A DNA stretch of 63,382 nt, counting the filler, from Octopus bimaculoides (lineage: Eukaryota), in the NCBI RefSeq assembly GCF_001194135.2. It is 8 parts of 8 records of this genome, joined end to end, with 100 filler letters (N's around TTAATTAATTAA, not from the genome) between each part and the next. Parts side by side here need not be neighbours in the genome. Positions count along the whole stretch, not along the records: positions 26,833 to 43,805 come from NC_068986.1; positions 43,906 to 46,163 come from NC_068981.1; positions 46,264 to 49,090 come from NC_069001.1; positions 49,191 to 54,759 come from NC_068990.1; 4 more parts are not named here. One strand, written 5' to 3'. Shown here piece by piece: positions 39,843 through 51,217 of this stretch. Position 1 is the stretch's first letter; each line of letters starts with the position of its first letter. Both the position numbers and the translations under genes were made by a program. A model generated the notes under the pieces. That model was not told where the DNA came from and made no database searches. It saw only the letters and a program-made list of their open reading frames with translations.

Positions 39843-40313
39843 TATATATATGTATTTCGCTTGGTCATTTTGAGAAGAAAAGATTCCCTCATGAACCAAG
39901 TAAATTGCCCTTCATATTCGAGGCTCCGATGTAGCAATAAAGTGCTATGCAGGTACTCAAGTATGATTCCACTGCATCTAATAGCAGAAACAGCCGTATT
40001 GCTCTTGAAGGGCATATGATAATCATTTCTTCCTTCGTCAACAAGTTTTGAATTACACACACGCGCGCGCGCATATATATATTGTTTAATGCTTAAGACC
40101 AAGTCAAATCGAATTAGCATATATACCAGTGTAAGTCGGATGCCACAGCTTCAAATACATTGAATTCTCATCTTCTATAAACGCTATCATTTCATTAGCT
40201 GTTCATCTCTTAGTGTTTTGTAAGGAATTTCTTCTAAATCTCTTTTTTCTATGGTTGCCCGGCATTAAGTATTCCATTGCCGTCGCATTTCTTTATCAGT
40301 TCCCTAAGCATTA

Positions 40314-40353
<40 letters not shown>

Positions 40354-43114
40354 TTCTCATGCATTATCCACATTGCCTTGAACTAGAAGTCTATTTTTTT
40401 CTTCTTATTTCAAGACATAGTTTTCTTTTTAAATTATATTCATAAATAAATACAGTTAATTAGATTTATTATGTACTTTTACAGCAAAAATCCCTCTGAT
40501 TCTCTACTGTTATCTAAGTAGTGCCTCTGCATTATTCCAACATAGTTACGTTTATAACCTGCAACCGAATCTGTTAAAGTATGTTTTTGAAGAATGATTA
40601 CTTATAATTATATCTTGAATAACTCAAGTACCAGTTATGTAAGGGTGTCAATGGAAAATAGCATAAATTCTTTTCGACTCTAGTACTCTTTCTACGACTA
40701 TACAAAGTAGTTCCAATTTCAAACCCCTATTTATGATATAACTTCCACTTTGATATATGTTGGTCATGCCTCCATATCTAATATTGTCCCTGATCTTTCT
40801 GGAGATTTTGTTCAAAAATTTGTTCCATAGTTGCATCCTAACTTCTACGCACTCTACCTTTTGCTCACACCTTCTCACCATACACATATTGTCTCAAATT
40901 GCTTATTTGTAGCGCTTCATCTTGAGTTACTATATGAAGGCTCTCTGTTACTTTTTTCAATTGTCATTTTCTTAAACAATATAATCATCATAATTTTGTT
41001 ACGCTAGTGCATGCTAATTTAGTTAGCAAGCACTTTATCTTGATGTTTGGTTACAGGTATCCTAAAACTTCAAGTATCGTCCTAAGGATTCTTGCAGAGT
41101 ATAAGATGGTACTTTTCCTGTGGAATACTGGGGGTTAGAAATGTTTAGTAGTGCTGCTAGACAATAGAATAACGGAAAGAGAAATAAGAGAGAAATTATC
41201 TAAAGAGTACTAGAGAATTATGAAGGTCGAAACATAACTAAATGGAGAGAATTCCAATTAAGCAATAAATATATGGGCTGGTCCACTTACAGAGATACTC
41301 TGCTCCCTCGAAGAAATAGACGAAGTTCGAGGTACAGAAATTGGATAGAAGATCTAAAAAGCTGCTCACAATGCACAGCATACTCCTTCCAAGAAGCACC
41401 AGCCAACAGCTCTGCCAATGAAAAAAGAAAGGCGGTTGAGGATTATTAAATGCTGAATACATTGTTATTACTGCGATACTGAGTCTGAAAATTTATTGTG
41501 CAGAGTAAGGAAATAATATTATCAGTAACCAGACTTTGCACAGAAGTGATCGACATAGTAGGAATATTTTGCTAGTCGCTACATTCTGAGTTCAAATTCC
41601 GCCGAGGTCGACTTCGTCTTTCATTCTTTCGGGGTCGATAAAATAAGTACCAGTTAAACACTGGTAATCGACTTAAAGACCCCCACCAATTCAAGCTTTG
41701 AGCCTTTATTAGAAAGATTTCTTCTTCTTCTTCTTCTTATTATTATTATTATTATCAACATCTTCTTCATCATCATCATCATTATCATCACCATCATAAA
41801 TATTCTCGTCATTACCATTCTAATCATCATCTCCATCATTTAAAGATACAGTAGAAACACAATCTGCATCATGCACGTTTACCTCCATTTGTCGTGTTGT
41901 TTCTTTTTGGCTGGTTTTACTTGAAAGATGGTCAAACCCGTAACCTAAGGTCTCAGATTTTACGTTCGCATACTTTTCTCATTATTCAAGATAGTTGTTC
42001 TAAGTAAAACAGTCATTTGGAATTATGCCAATCTCATTTTCTATCCTAGCCGATGGCTAACATCTTTTGAACTTTTAACACAAAATATATAGTTTCTCCA
42101 TTGCGAATTGCCTTACTTGTTTGTAAACTGTTCAATCACGTTTTCAAAATCTAGTCATAATAGCTTATGTATCGGTGATGGCGTAGCTGCTGCGCAAATA
42201 TAGATAATTAGATATACACGCGCGTTATCTAGCAACTTAATGAAAGATCCAAACGAAGCCAATCGGCTGATTAGTAAATATACTCTCACAATCTTTACTA
42301 AACCATTAGCAGACGGGAAGTAATGGGGCCCTCTACTGAAACTACGAGTTATTTGATCTGCTATAAATAAAGTAGTTAAGTCTACCCACAGTTCATCGCT
42401 ACCTCGATCTTTATTTATATGTAAATAACTATTCTGAACTTCAAAAATAACTTCATGCTTTTAATCTATTCGTGCATTTTTTTGTCTATTTATTTCTATA
42501 TTTTCTTCATTGTTTATATTGCATATTTTCTAATTCCATGATAAATCCTAATATTTTTATAACCACTTAGTTCGTACGTAATATATTTGCGATGAATGTA
42601 ATCTTTCTCTAACATGTCTTGGGTCATATATTCTTAACGCCAATATTATCTTACTTTCCTATCGTATCGTCATCATTTGCTATGATTGTATTTGGGAAAA
42701 CGAAAATTGTATGAATAAAAATGGTATCAAGAAAAAGGATTACCTTAAACATATAACTATCTCAGATTTAAATAATTAATAACAGAATGCTTATGGACAT
42801 TATTTCCTAATCATTTCTTTCACTTGTGAATTATATATGGTGTTCAATTCATTAAGCCGATATGCTTGTACGCCTGTGGTTTAATTCTATTATCACTGTT
42901 TTTACTGATTACGCTAGTAACGAGAGGTTTCATATTAATTTCGTTTCTCTTAGTCATGTCATTGTATAGCTTTCTAGAGTAACTTTAAACCTAATTTCTT
43001 TCTTGAATTCGTTTTGTGTATAAAACAAATTTTCTTGTAGTTGGTTGTCTGCTACATACAATTTTCAGTTTCCCACTCGCCAATATAATCAATTCTTTAC
43101 CCATACCGCAAAAT

Positions 43115-43310
43115 ACCGAGTTCGATTCCAAGCAGTGACCTGAGTAATAATAATAACAACATCGAAAAACACCTGAGGAATGAGAACACAGGTCCGAAAT
43201 TTCCCCAAGACATCTGAAGAAGGCTGGAGGGTATATCAGCCGAAACGTTGTGTTAACAACAAACAAGATGAGGAGAAATATCCGTCAAATGTAAATAATG
43301 TAAATAATGT
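43115..43310 (+). mobile_element. SINE family D copy (5'-truncated head) with an intact hammerhead core
   Basis: GAGTTCGATTCC B-box, short (AAT)n, body, AAATAATGT tail. Confidence 0.8.
43209..43254 (+). ncRNA. Minimal type I hammerhead ribozyme motif (Penelope-type)
   Basis: GACAU-CUGAAGA-A-GGCUG(GAGGGUAUAU)CAGCC-GAAAC-GUU-GUGUU: stems I and II pair, core intact, helix III reduced to the ACGU palindrome. Confidence 0.7.
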
Positions 43311-43905
43311 ATATTTCGTATTATCTTATTTTTGTGTTAGAATATGATATATGGCATCCCATCGATTAATATAACTTCATATACACCGTTTTTCTAAATT
43401 TCATATACACAGTTTTTCTAAACCCAATAGTGTATTCATGCTAAAGTATCCCTAGATCATGTATAACGTACAGTATAAAAATCGTTCAGTTAGTTTATTA
43501 GTAACAGTCTCAATTACATTTTTCGCATACGACACATTCACAAATTTACAGTTCATTAGATATTTACAAACGATCCTTCCTACTATAATCAAAAGGAGAA
43601 TAATGTTGGGAGAGGGGATAACCGATCCATCACCTCAAACATTTGATTGATACTTATTTTTTTCGACTTCGAAAGGATAAGTGTTTATTTTGTTTTAGAA
43701 AAGTGCTACACATAATATAAGAAATTATTATTACTTATATTTAATTGTATATGTTGTGATTTTATTTACTCCATGTACTCCATCTCTACCTTATGGACAC
43801 CCTGTNNNNNNNNNNNNNNNNNNNNNNNNNNNNNNNNNNNNNNNNNNNNTTAATTAATTAANNNNNNNNNNNNNNNNNNNNNNNNNNNNNNNNNNNNNNN
43901 NNNNN

Positions 43906-43957
<52 letters not shown>

Positions 43958-44701
43958 GAGAGAAGGAGAAAGAAAATGGAATTCACTAGATCCTTTATTA
44001 ATCGCCGCAATCGTTTCGACCCTCGCGAGTAAGGTGCTGCACAAACAGTTGTGGTGCACCATTGGTGCAGACGCTGCCCATCGGGGGACTTGTCAAAAAG
44101 TACCTCGTTTTTTAATCTCCGTTTCGATTAGAATACATTTCGGTAACTGTCTGCAGCTACTCGCATACAGTGGAAAGCGCGTGGCTCAGTGGTTAGGGCA
44201 TTCGGCTCATGATCGTAAGGTGGTGAGTTCAATTCCCAGCGACGCGTTGTGTCCTTGAGTTACAGTGACAAATACATCTCGTACAAGTAATAAGTTTACT
44301 CGCAGAGAATCAAAAACAAAGTAAGTCTAAAATAAACAAGTGAATCAAATAATATGCTTAAAACTTATAATGAAATGCGTTAAATAAAATCATAAAACAA
44401 TAAAACAACCATGGATAGGACGAAAAACAAAGCGCAAAATAGAAGCCACAATCGGACATTGAAGCGGACCCGAAACGACTTTTATGTCTTATGAGGCAAA
44501 CATTATATCCATGTTCCTTTTTGTTTTTTATTCTTTTACTTGTTTCAGTCATTTGACTGCGGCCATGCTGGAACACAGCTTTTAGTCAAAGAAACCGACT
44601 ATTCTTTGTAAGCCTAGTACTTATTCTATCGGTCTCTTTTGCCAAACCGTTAAGTTTCGGGGACGTAAATACACCAACATCGGTTGTCAGGCGATGGCAC
44701 A

Positions 44702-44737
<36 letters not shown>

Positions 44738-45050
44738 TACGCACACACTCACACGCATAAAATCACATTCCCCCAATGGCACCTCCAGAACACAGAGACT
44801 TCAACCGACAGGCCAATGCGTGTCCACCCCGCAGGCATCAGACGNNNNNNNNNNNNNNNNNNNNNNNNNNNNNNNNNNNNNNNNNNNNNNNNNNNNNNNN
44901 NNNNNNNNNNNNNNNNNNNNNNNNNNNNNNNNNNNNNNNNNNNNNNNNNNNNNNNNNNNNNNNNNNNNNNNNNNNNNNNNNNNNNNNNNNNNNNNNNNNN
45001 NNNNNNNNNNNNNCAAACATATAGTCCCTCTAAACTACGTGATTTATGTT

Positions 45051-45097
<47 letters not shown>

Positions 45098-46126
45098 AAT
45101 AAATATATATACACGACGGGCTTCTTTCAGTTTCCGCCTACCAAATTCACTCACAAGGCTTTGGTTGGCCCGAGGCTATAGTAGAAGACACTTGCCCAAC
45201 GTACCCATGTGGCTGGGAAGCAAACTTCTTACCACACAGCCACGCCTGGGCCTATACACACACACACACACACACACATACATACGCACACACTCACACG
45301 CATAAAATCACATTCCCCCAATGGCACCTCCAGAACACAGAGACTTCAACCGACAGGCCAATGCGTGTCCACCCCGCAGGCATCAGACGCTCGTCGTTTA
45401 CGATTGTTATCTCCTAAGTATGTTAAGTCCATCCTCCGATATGGTCTCCACCCTCGTCAGTTTGTTTCACTCTGCAGAGATCTAGTCACTCTCGATTGAT
45501 TTATGATTCCATACCAAACGGATTCATACAACCCCAAACACCGATTCATACATACATAAGCCGGGGTCGAAGGAGCAGTATATGCGACGCATACACTGCA
45601 TGCCTTACTATTTTCCCGGGAGATGAAAATTTTGTGTACTATGAAATGTTTTGCCCATTTCTTCATTTTTTAGTATGAACTGTAAACAATCGATATTATT
45701 TAAGTACAGAAAGCTCGTGTTTGCTGAACGAGAAAGGCAAGAAAAGCAGTAAATCAATCTTTTCTATTCTTTTTGAGGATGTTAACTAGAAAGAGAAAGG
45801 CAGAGAGGTGTCTTTATTTTTCTGTTTGCTTTCAGTCATTGTAAATAAGAGAAGAGAGTATCAAATACACAATAGATAATACAAACAGAAAGAGATAGGT
45901 AGAGTAAAGCAGATTTTTCCCAGCTTGCCTGCTAGCCAGGAGACACGCTGCCAGCATGTGTTTAGTCAATATGAATATTTGCTTTATGTCTGACTTCGTA
46001 GATTATTAGGTACTGAGGAGAAAACAAATAGATGTATCAGTATAACGCTCGGGAATTGAAAAAGTATTTAACGTTTCGAGCCTACGCTCCTCCACAAAAA
46101 AGAACACAGAAAGAAACAAGGAGAGA

Positions 46127-46163
<37 letters not shown>

Positions 46164-47676
46164 NNNNNNNNNNNNNNNNNNNNNNNNNNNNNNNNNNNNN
46201 NNNNNNNTTAATTAATTAANNNNNNNNNNNNNNNNNNNNNNNNNNNNNNNNNNNNNNNNNNNNATATATATATATATATATAAGTTCAAAAAAAGGAAAA
46301 AGACAAAAACAATAACAACAACGTGAGGACGTGATACAGATAGTGTTACTAGACGCTCGGGAAAGGAAAGAGAGAGAGTATGACGTTTCGAGCAGATCTC
46401 TTCGTCGGAAACAAAGAAAGTTCAAAGAAGGGAAAAACGGAGGAAGAAAAAATCGCCACCGATGTCCACAAGGTTACAAGATAGATAGATAAATAAATAT
46501 TAAATATATACATATACATACATACATAGAACCACCGAAACACACACAATGACAGACACCAACGCACTAACAAGTTCACACACATACTCACACACATATA
46601 TAAACTACGGTCTTCCACACGGTTTCCGCCTACTGAGTTCCCTCACAAGGCAATGGTCAGCCGGGGCTATGGTAGCAGATACTTTCCTCAAGGTACAGCA
46701 CTGCGTAATTGAGCCCAAAACTGCAGAGTTACAAAGCGAACTTCTTAACCAGGGATATACATGCCAATGCTGATATGGAATTGTTATCGAAATGTTCCTC
46801 AATTTGCCTCTCAAGGCATTAGGAGGATCCGAAGACGCAAAACTTCAAGGATCCCTTTAGTGGGGATGAACCACGAAACGCATAGGCAGCAAATGACGGT
46901 CTCAGCTTTATTCTCATGTCTGCCTCCACGAATGGTTAAAGAATTAAAAATTGTTGTTGGTGTTGTTGATGTTGTGGCGGTGGTGGTGGTGGAGTTGGTC
47001 GTCGTCGTCGTCATTGTAGTAGTTGCTGCTTAGTCTCGGGTTGTTAAAATTTATTCCAACCGTGACCATCTCGTTTTAGTTGCACAGACTTCATTATTTA
47101 GTGAGTCATACATCTTGAAAGAAACTACCAAATGATTTGAAGGAGTTTGGTTAACTATTTCTAGAAGATAGGTTAATCACACACTGGCTTCGTAGCTGGC
47201 ACCAAGAATTATACGATGTTCTTTTTGTGGTTGTTGTTCTTGATTTTGTTGTTGTTATTATTGTTGCTGTCATCATTGATACAGCTGCTACTGCTGCTGT
47301 TGTTGTTGTCCCTGTTGCTGTTTACACACAGGTCAACAACGCTCTGACAGACCTATGACCAAAGGCGTTCTAGACGCGACTTCCACTTCCTTTCATGAGC
47401 ATCTACAAATACAGTTTCTGAAAAGTGCCTTCCTTTATCAATATAGCAATGTATGACTGAAGGAAGATATTACTGTTATGTCTAGCTTCTTGAGCGACCC
47501 CGATTATCTATTAAGCCCCTTTGAAGTTTATTGTATGTATTCGTGTATATAGAGTGACTGTATGTATAGTCCATTGATTACAATATACTCTCTTTAATGT
47601 TCATACACAATAGCTGTGTACATCAGTGACGGCTGCATATACACAATGGCTATCTATAAGTTCAATGGCTATATAT

Positions 47677-47717
<41 letters not shown>

Positions 47718-48065
47718 GAAGTATGTACATAGACAATAACAACATGTATGTGATATTTACAATAACTGCGCTGGAGTGTGTGTACATGTATATATATATA
47801 TANNNNNNNNNNNNNNNNNNNNNNNNNNNNNNNNNNNNNNNNNNNNNNNNNNNNNNNNNNNNNNNNNNNNNNNNNNNNNNNNNNNNNNNNNNNNNNNNNN
47901 NTATATACATATAAATATATAAACATATATATTTAACATACATATCTATGTAAGCACGCATGTATGTCTGAATGTAACTATGTATATTTAAGTAAAATAT
48001 GATGCATTTAAAATGAATGTGTATATATATGTATATATATCTGTTCGCGCTTGCGTGTCTGTATT

Positions 48066-48100
<35 letters not shown>

Positions 48101-48138
48101 ATGTATGCATGCAAAAACTGATGTATTTACAAAGAATG

Positions 48139-48192
<54 letters not shown>

Positions 48193-48456
48193 ATATAAAT
48201 ATATGTGTCTATCTATGTATATCTTATATGTGTATACAATGTATACATATATATATAAATATATATATGCGTATGTATACATGTATGTATATATGGACAA
48301 TGAATTTGTGCAATTACAAAGGCTGTCTATAAAATGACAATAATTTCGTGTGTGTACAATAACAGAGCATGAATAGAAAATTCATGTGTATGCGCAATCA
48401 CTCCGTGTATAACGCGGACAATAAGCCGATATATACATACGTACATACATGAATAA

Positions 48457-48529
<73 letters not shown>

Positions 48530-49039
48530 AATGTATTTATGGCGTATGAAAGTGCATGCACAATGAAAATTGGTAAACACAATTACGATGTGTATCTACA
48601 GGGACTGTATATATATACAAGTGACGGTGATTATATACAATAGCTTTATATAGCCTACGATAGTATATACAATGGATATGTATGTGTGTCTATTGTATAC
48701 AAGGATTATCCGCGTATGTATGTGTTTGTGTATTTAAAATATGTTTTGGTAAACAATCGAGGTTGGAGTATGTAAGTACTCAATATATACGTATTATAGA
48801 GATTATTTATTCGTTCAAAGCTTAATAATTCACTCCGACGCTGTACAGCGTTCCTCTCCATGTGTTATTCATCGGGAGACAAACAAATTGTACACACACT
48901 TACACACACACACACACACACACATGCACATGCACACACACACACACACACACACCCGCAGGCAAATAAACAGACAGACGGACAGACAGAGAGCCGGACA
49001 GACGGACAGACGGACAGACGGACAGACAGACAGACGGAC

Positions 49040-49090
<51 letters not shown>

Positions 49091-49199
49091 NNNNNNNNNN
49101 NNNNNNNNNNNNNNNNNNNNNNNNNNNNNNNNNNTTAATTAATTAANNNNNNNNNNNNNNNNNNNNNNNNNNNNNNNNNNNNNNNNNNNNAGTTAAGAG

Positions 49200-49872
49200 G
49201 AATTTAAGTGGAATTTCCGAAAATTGTCCCCCACCCTCCTCCCAAAACACTTTCACTGAAAACTTTTGTATATTCGGAATCTACATAATAAATAATATAT
49301 GCATAGAAAATTTCATTAAAAAATATTCATTTTTCTGAAAGTTATGACCTTTCGGGGGTGGGGGTTACAACTCTGTAGTTATGCCACATTGACGAACGTG
49401 AATGATTGTGTTTACTTGCACGTGTATACGTTTGCGAGAGCGAGAGAGGAAGAGAGGAAGAGGGGGAGATAGAGAACGGGAGCAATGTGTATGTTGTTGT
49501 CACAGATTACGTATGTGTGGCCGTGTGTGTTTTTACGTATCAATGTTGTGAAAAATAGGTAAAGAATACTGAGAAGAAAGTTTAATCTATGACGTTGTAT
49601 GTATCACTTTCTCTCTCTGTTGAGCGCGTGTGTAAGAACGCTGTCCCAGGTAGAAGGGAAGAAATATAAAAGTTGCTAGAAACAACAGCCAAATCTCCCT
49701 TAAATCACACAAAGTAAACGGAATTTTAAAAATCTAATTACTGCACTGGAAAGTTCAGATCAAGAAAATTCCATTGATGTAAAAATTTTAACGAAAAAGT
49801 GGAAAATGTGGATTTCTATAAACTTTTAAAAAGGCTTCACGCAGACACACAACTTCAGCTTTATATATTAAG
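49200..49872 (+). mobile_element. Possible non-autonomous Helitron/HINE-like element (3' part); a related 5'-type end near 35741
   Basis: Ends CAACTTCAGCTTTTATATATTAAGAT; 35741 has CTAGCAGAGATATCCGGCGTTGCTGGG. Resemblance to Lep1/HINE termini is from memory only. Confidence 0.3.
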
Positions 49873-50908
49873 ATATGCACATCAGAGATAGCCAGCATGG
49901 GAGGGGAAACAGCAACCACTCACCACTATTGTAAGTGGAAATGAACATGTCCAGTCGGCGTCTGCTGTGTAAAGGTGGTAGGATGGAAATGTTCCAGGAG
50001 AATCAGTTATGAATTATGCCCCCTTGGTTAAGTTTGCTGTTGAGTTGGCAGAAGGAAAGTTTGAAATTGGGAAGGATTGTGTTAAAAATGTATGGTTACT
50101 CTGTGGGGGTGGGGTGCATGGTGCATGTAAAGGATAAAGTTATGTGGGGCTTTTTACATATTACTGTGAGGTGTGAAATGTTTAATGTGTAATGTGATGT
50201 AATATATGATGCATAATGTGATGTGTAAAGTGTAGAGCATACCAACAGTTATATGAGTGCATCTTCTCCCTAACTTAAAGTCTCTTAGATGACTCAAGTG
50301 TAGATGTATATATATATATATATATATATATNNNNNNNNNNNNNNNNNNNNNNNNNNNNNNNNNNNNNNNNNNNNNNNNNNNNNNNNNNNNNNNNNNNNN
50401 NNNNNNNNNNNNNNNNNNNNNNNNNNNNNNNNNNNNNNNNNNNNNNNNNNNNNNNNNNNNNNNNNNNNNNNNNNNNNNNNNNNNNNNNNNNNNNNNNNNN
50501 NNNNNNNNNNNNNNNNNNNNNNNNNNNNNNNNNNNNNNNNNNNNNNNNNNNNNNNNNNNNNNNNNNNNNNNNNNNNNNNNNNNNNNNNNNNNNNNNNNNN
50601 NNNNNNNNNNNNNNNNNNNNNNNNNNNNNNNNNNNNNNNNNNNNNNNNNNNNNNNNNNNNNNNNNNNNNNNNNNNNNNNNNNNNNNNNNNNNNNNNNNNN
50701 NNNNNNNNNNNNNNNNNNNNNNNNNNNNNNNNNNNNNNNNNNNNNNNNNNNNNNNNNNNNNNNNNNNNNNNNNNNNNNNNNNNNNNNNNNNNNNNNNNNN
50801 NNNNNNNNNNNNNNNNNNNNNNNNNNNNNNNNNNNNNNNNNNNNNNNNNNNNNNNNNNNNNNNNNNNNNNNNNNNNNNNNNNNNNNNNNNNNNNNNNNNN
50901 NNNNNNNG

Positions 50909-51217
50909 GCCACACTCAAAATGGTGTATTTTATGTGCCACCCGCACAAGAGCCAGTCCAGGGGCACTGGCAACGATCTCGCTCGAAAGTCCTTAGACAT
51001 GCCGCGGGCACAAGTGCCAGAAAGGCGATGCTGGGCACAGGTGCCATCGCAAGCTGAGTTTCGTGTCAAATTTAACTCGATTTTGATTTCACTTGCCTCA
51101 ACAGGTCTTCGCAAGTGGAGTTTAGTGTCCAATGAAGGAAGGTACGCCTAAGTGGACTGGCTGAGGCCTTAGATTTTGATCTCACTTGGCTTGCTGGGTT
51201 TTCTCACGCACAGCACT
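50909..51217 (-). mobile_element. Tandem second copy of the LINE ORF2 end plus 3' UTR, running into a gap
   Basis: Repeats 51860-51935 and the downstream 3' UTR sequence. Confidence 0.8.

Noticed and set aside
40590-41460. Faint L1/Tx1-like peptide traces
   Set aside because: Too degraded to support a call without an HMM search.
44700-45390. Identical ~140-bp block on both sides of a gap
   Set aside because: Most simply an unmerged contig overlap at a microsatellite-bounded gap.
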